A stretch of 64,000 bases of DNA from Gammaproteobacteria bacterium (GTDB lineage Bacteria; Pseudomonadota; Gammaproteobacteria; Steroidobacterales; Steroidobacteraceae), in contig DAHUYP010000024.1 of NCBI GenBank assembly GCA_027315105.1, positions 2,125 through 66,124 on the forward strand, written 5' to 3'. A program made the translations under genes and the position numbers. Shown here in pieces: positions 61,816 to 64,000 of this stretch. The notes below the pieces were generated by a model. That model saw only the letters and a list, made by a program, of their open reading frames with translations, had not been told where the DNA came from and did no database searches. Position 1 is the first letter of the stretch. Every line of letters starts with the position of its first letter.

Positions 61816-62538
61816 ATGCTCAGCAGTTTGCCCAAAAACCCGCGACAATTGGTTGACGCCGGCGTCAGCGCCGAGCGCCTGATGGCCTTTTCGGAGCAGC
61901 GCGTGGCGCTCGCGGCGAACAGCGGCTCCGCGCGCGAGGCTCAAATCGCGAGCCGCCTGCTCGACGACGTCGGGCTTTATCGGCGCTGGGAGCAATTTCA
62001 CGGTCAGCTCATGCACGGCGTGGCCGACGCGCGGCGGCCGTCGGCCAAGGTCGTAGAGCTGCGGCGCGCCGCGTTCTCGACCCTGCACCGCAAAGCGCCG
62101 TTCGAATACCTGCGCGAGCGGCACGTCACCGGCGGTGCCCGCCAGCGTCTCATGGAGGCGCTGTTCGGCGTGCACGACTACGCGCACTGCCTGGTGCGCG
62201 AGCATCAGGCATACCTGAGCTGCTCGGCGAGCCTGATGTGCGCGGATTCGCTGTGCGGCGAGATGCTGGGCGACGCGCCGTTCAGCGCGGCGCTGGCGCA
62301 CTACCACAGTGCCTACAGCGAGTACTTCCGCGCCTACGGCGACTCGCTGCTGGCGGAGCGCATGAGCGAGGAGGTGCCGGTGAAATCGCTGCTGCCCTAT
62401 CTGCGCTACCAGCTCAAGACCATTCGCGAGCACATGCTGTCGGGCGCGCCGCGGAACAGCGATTTCACCGCGCTGCAGGCGCTGTACGAGGCCACCGGCG
62501 AAACGCAGCGCCTGCGGGCCCTGCGCCACAGACCTTGA
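61816..62538 (+). CDS. hypothetical protein (240 aa, helical, 6 Cys)
   Basis: High GC3 from 61816 onward. Upstream in-frame sequence is AT-richer and Arg-junk. No family recognised. Confidence 0.6.
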   Translation: MLSSLPKNPRQLVDAGVSAERLMAFSEQRVALAANSGSAREAQIASRLLDDVGLYRRWEQFHGQLMHGVADARRPSAKVVELRRAAFSTLHRKAPFEYLRERHVTGGARQRLMEALFGVHDYAHCLVREHQAYLSCSASLMCADSLCGEMLGDAPFSAALAHYHSAYSEYFRAYGDSLLAERMSEEVPVKSLLPYLRYQLKTIREHMLSGAPRNSDFTALQALYEATGETQRLRALRHRP

Positions 62539-64000
62539 GCGCACGCGAGCCGGGACGGCGCCCGGTCACGCGGCGCGCGCTGTTGCGCTCGCTCGGTGCG
62601 GCCGCGTTCGCGAGCGCCGCCGCGCCGCCGCCCGGCGCGGACACCGACGCCGACGCCGAATTCGAGCGCGGCTTCGGCGATGAGTTTCTCGATCAATACT
62701 GGCAGCGCAATACCGCTGCCGCGATCGCGGCCGGTTACTACCGTGTGGCCGGGCGCCTGACGATTCCGGACGCTCGCTACCGGCGCGCGTATCGGCAATT
62801 CCTGGATCGCGCGCTGGCGCGGCTGCAGGGCCTGGCGCCCGAGCGGCTCGGCGAGCGGCAGCGCACCGACCGGGCCGTACTCGACGGGCAGCTGCGCTAT
62901 GAACGCTGGGCGCTCGCGAGCGCACGTGAGTGGCAGTGGAATCCCGCCCAGTACAACGTCGCCGGACCGTTTGCGCTGATCTTCAGCACCGACTATGCGC
63001 CGCTCGAGCAGCGGCTGCGCAGCGCGCTCTCGAGGCTGCGCGACGTGCCGGCCTACTACGCCGCCGCACGGCAGGCGATCGAGCGGCCGACGCTCGAGCA
63101 CACCAGGCTCGCCATCGAGCAGAACCAGGGCGCGCTCGAGGTATTCGGCACCGAGCTGGAGCGGCGGCTGGAGCAAGCCACGCTTGCCGACGATGAGCGA
63201 GCGCTGTTCGCGCAGCGGCTGGCGGCGGCACGCGGCGCGATCGCCGATCACATCCGCTGGCTGCAGGACCTCGAAGCGCGTCTGGCCGCGGGCGGCGCAC
63301 GCTCCTTCCGCCTCGGCCAGACGCTGTACCGGCAGAAATTCCTGCTCATGAATCAATCCGGCGAGGATGCCGAGAGCCTGTACCGCCGCGCGGTGCGCGA
63401 GCAGCAGCGGGTGCTCGAGCACATGACGCAGCTGGCCGATCGGCTGTGGGACCGATACTTTCCGGGAGCGCAGCGGCCTGCGGACCGCTTCGACCGGATC
63501 GGCCGCATGATCAGCAGGCTGTCGGACAGCCACGTCGCCGCGCCGGACTATCTGCCGAGCATCGAGCGGCTGATCCCGCAGCTCGCGCAATGGGTCGGCG
63601 AGCGGCGCCTGATCGACATCGACCTGAGCAAACCGCTGCAGGTGCGGGCCACGCCGGCGTACGAGCGCGGCGTGGCGATCGCCGGCATCGAGGCCCCGGG
63701 ACCGTATGATCCCGGGGCCCGAACCTATTTCAACGTCGATCCGATCGAGCAGCTGCCGGCCGCGCAGGCCGAGAGCTTGCTGCGCGAATACAACGACTGG
63801 ATGCTGCCGGTGTTCATCATCCACGAGGCAATACCGGGGCACTACGTGCAGCTCATGTACGCCAACCGCTCGCCGAGCCGCATCAAGAGCATCTTCGGCA
63901 ACGGCGCCATGATCGAGGGCTGGGCGGTGTACAGCGAGCGCATGATGCTCGAGGCGGGCTACGGCGGGCAGGCGCCGGAGCTGTGGCTGATCTACTGGAA
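62535..64000 (+). CDS. DUF885-family (metallopeptidase-like) protein with Tat signal, partial (continues right of window)
   Basis: Not in the track because there is no stop before the edge. TTG 62535 overlaps the upstream stop (TTGA). ..TRRALLRSLGAAAFASAAA.. is a twin-arginine signal. ..FIIHEAIPGHYVQLMYAN..IEGWAVYSERMM is the DUF885 HExxPGH core. Confidence 0.8.
   Translation, partial: MSAREPGRRPVTRRALLRSLGAAAFASAAAPPPGADTDADAEFERGFGDEFLDQYWQRNTAAAIAAGYYRVAGRLTIPDARYRRAYRQFLDRALARLQGLAPERLGERQRTDRAVLDGQLRYERWALASAREWQWNPAQYNVAGPFALIFSTDYAPLEQRLRSALSRLRDVPAYYAAARQAIERPTLEHTRLAIEQNQGALEVFGTELERRLEQATLADDERALFAQRLAAARGAIADHIRWLQDLEARLAAGGARSFRLGQTLYRQKFLLMNQSGEDAESLYRRAVREQQRVLEHMTQLADRLWDRYFPGAQRPADRFDRIGRMISRLSDSHVAAPDYLPSIERLIPQLAQWVGERRLIDIDLSKPLQVRATPAYERGVAIAGIEAPGPYDPGARTYFNVDPIEQLPAAQAESLLREYNDWMLPVFIIHEAIPGHYVQLMYANRSPSRIKSIFGNGAMIEGWAVYSERMMLEAGYGGQAPELWLIYW

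Overview
High-GC proteobacterial chromosomal window: 72% GC in one hand-counted 60-nt line. Gene content fits a Burkholderiales-like beta- or gamma-proteobacterium, but the taxon cannot be fixed without a database search. I support about 65 protein genes and one tRNA (tRNA-Arg, anticodon ACG). There is no rRNA and no CRISPR array.

The window has three zones.

(i) 1-12.8 kb: housekeeping and envelope genes. These are an AKR with a divergent LysR regulator, a porin, a DD-carboxypeptidase, an orphan 2Fe-2S subunit, an M14 carboxypeptidase, cytochrome b561, a desaturase and panB.

(ii) 12.8-18.2 kb: a decayed accessory tract that ends at the 3' end of tRNA-Arg.
- It holds a collapsed GGDEF stub, an ArsR-SRPBCC-GST operon and a PAS/HisKA kinase truncated at both ends.
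- It also holds head-to-head ISL3 and IS3 transposase remnants.
- It ends in a sharply low-GC 1.7-kb islet (37-43% GC in three counted lines) with two translationally coupled envelope-targeted ORFs of no family I recognise. This islet is my best candidate for an undescribed system.

(iii) 25.9-56 kb: an unusually large stress/hypoxia-type neighbourhood built around a heme-PAS FixL/FixJ pair.
- Regulatory and small stress genes: a second orphan FixJ, two tandem-USP genes, two DUF2934 genes and a divergent CBS pair.
- Other members: a host-attachment (aeRF1-like) protein, PolX, BON-GroEL without GroES, PpsA, a kinase / beta-CASP RNase pair, Hsp20-Lon and a divergent AroQ.
- Two ABC exporters interrupt the neighbourhood.

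The window ends with Uup, an MFS transporter, a short RhlE-like helicase, a hypothetical gene and a Tat-signal DUF885 protein that runs off the right edge.

Many very long ORFs in the track are antisense shadows typical of high-GC DNA. The track also uses GTG/TTG starts, so several starts were re-picked using SD sequences. All family calls rest on motif recognition by eye. No search or computation was run.
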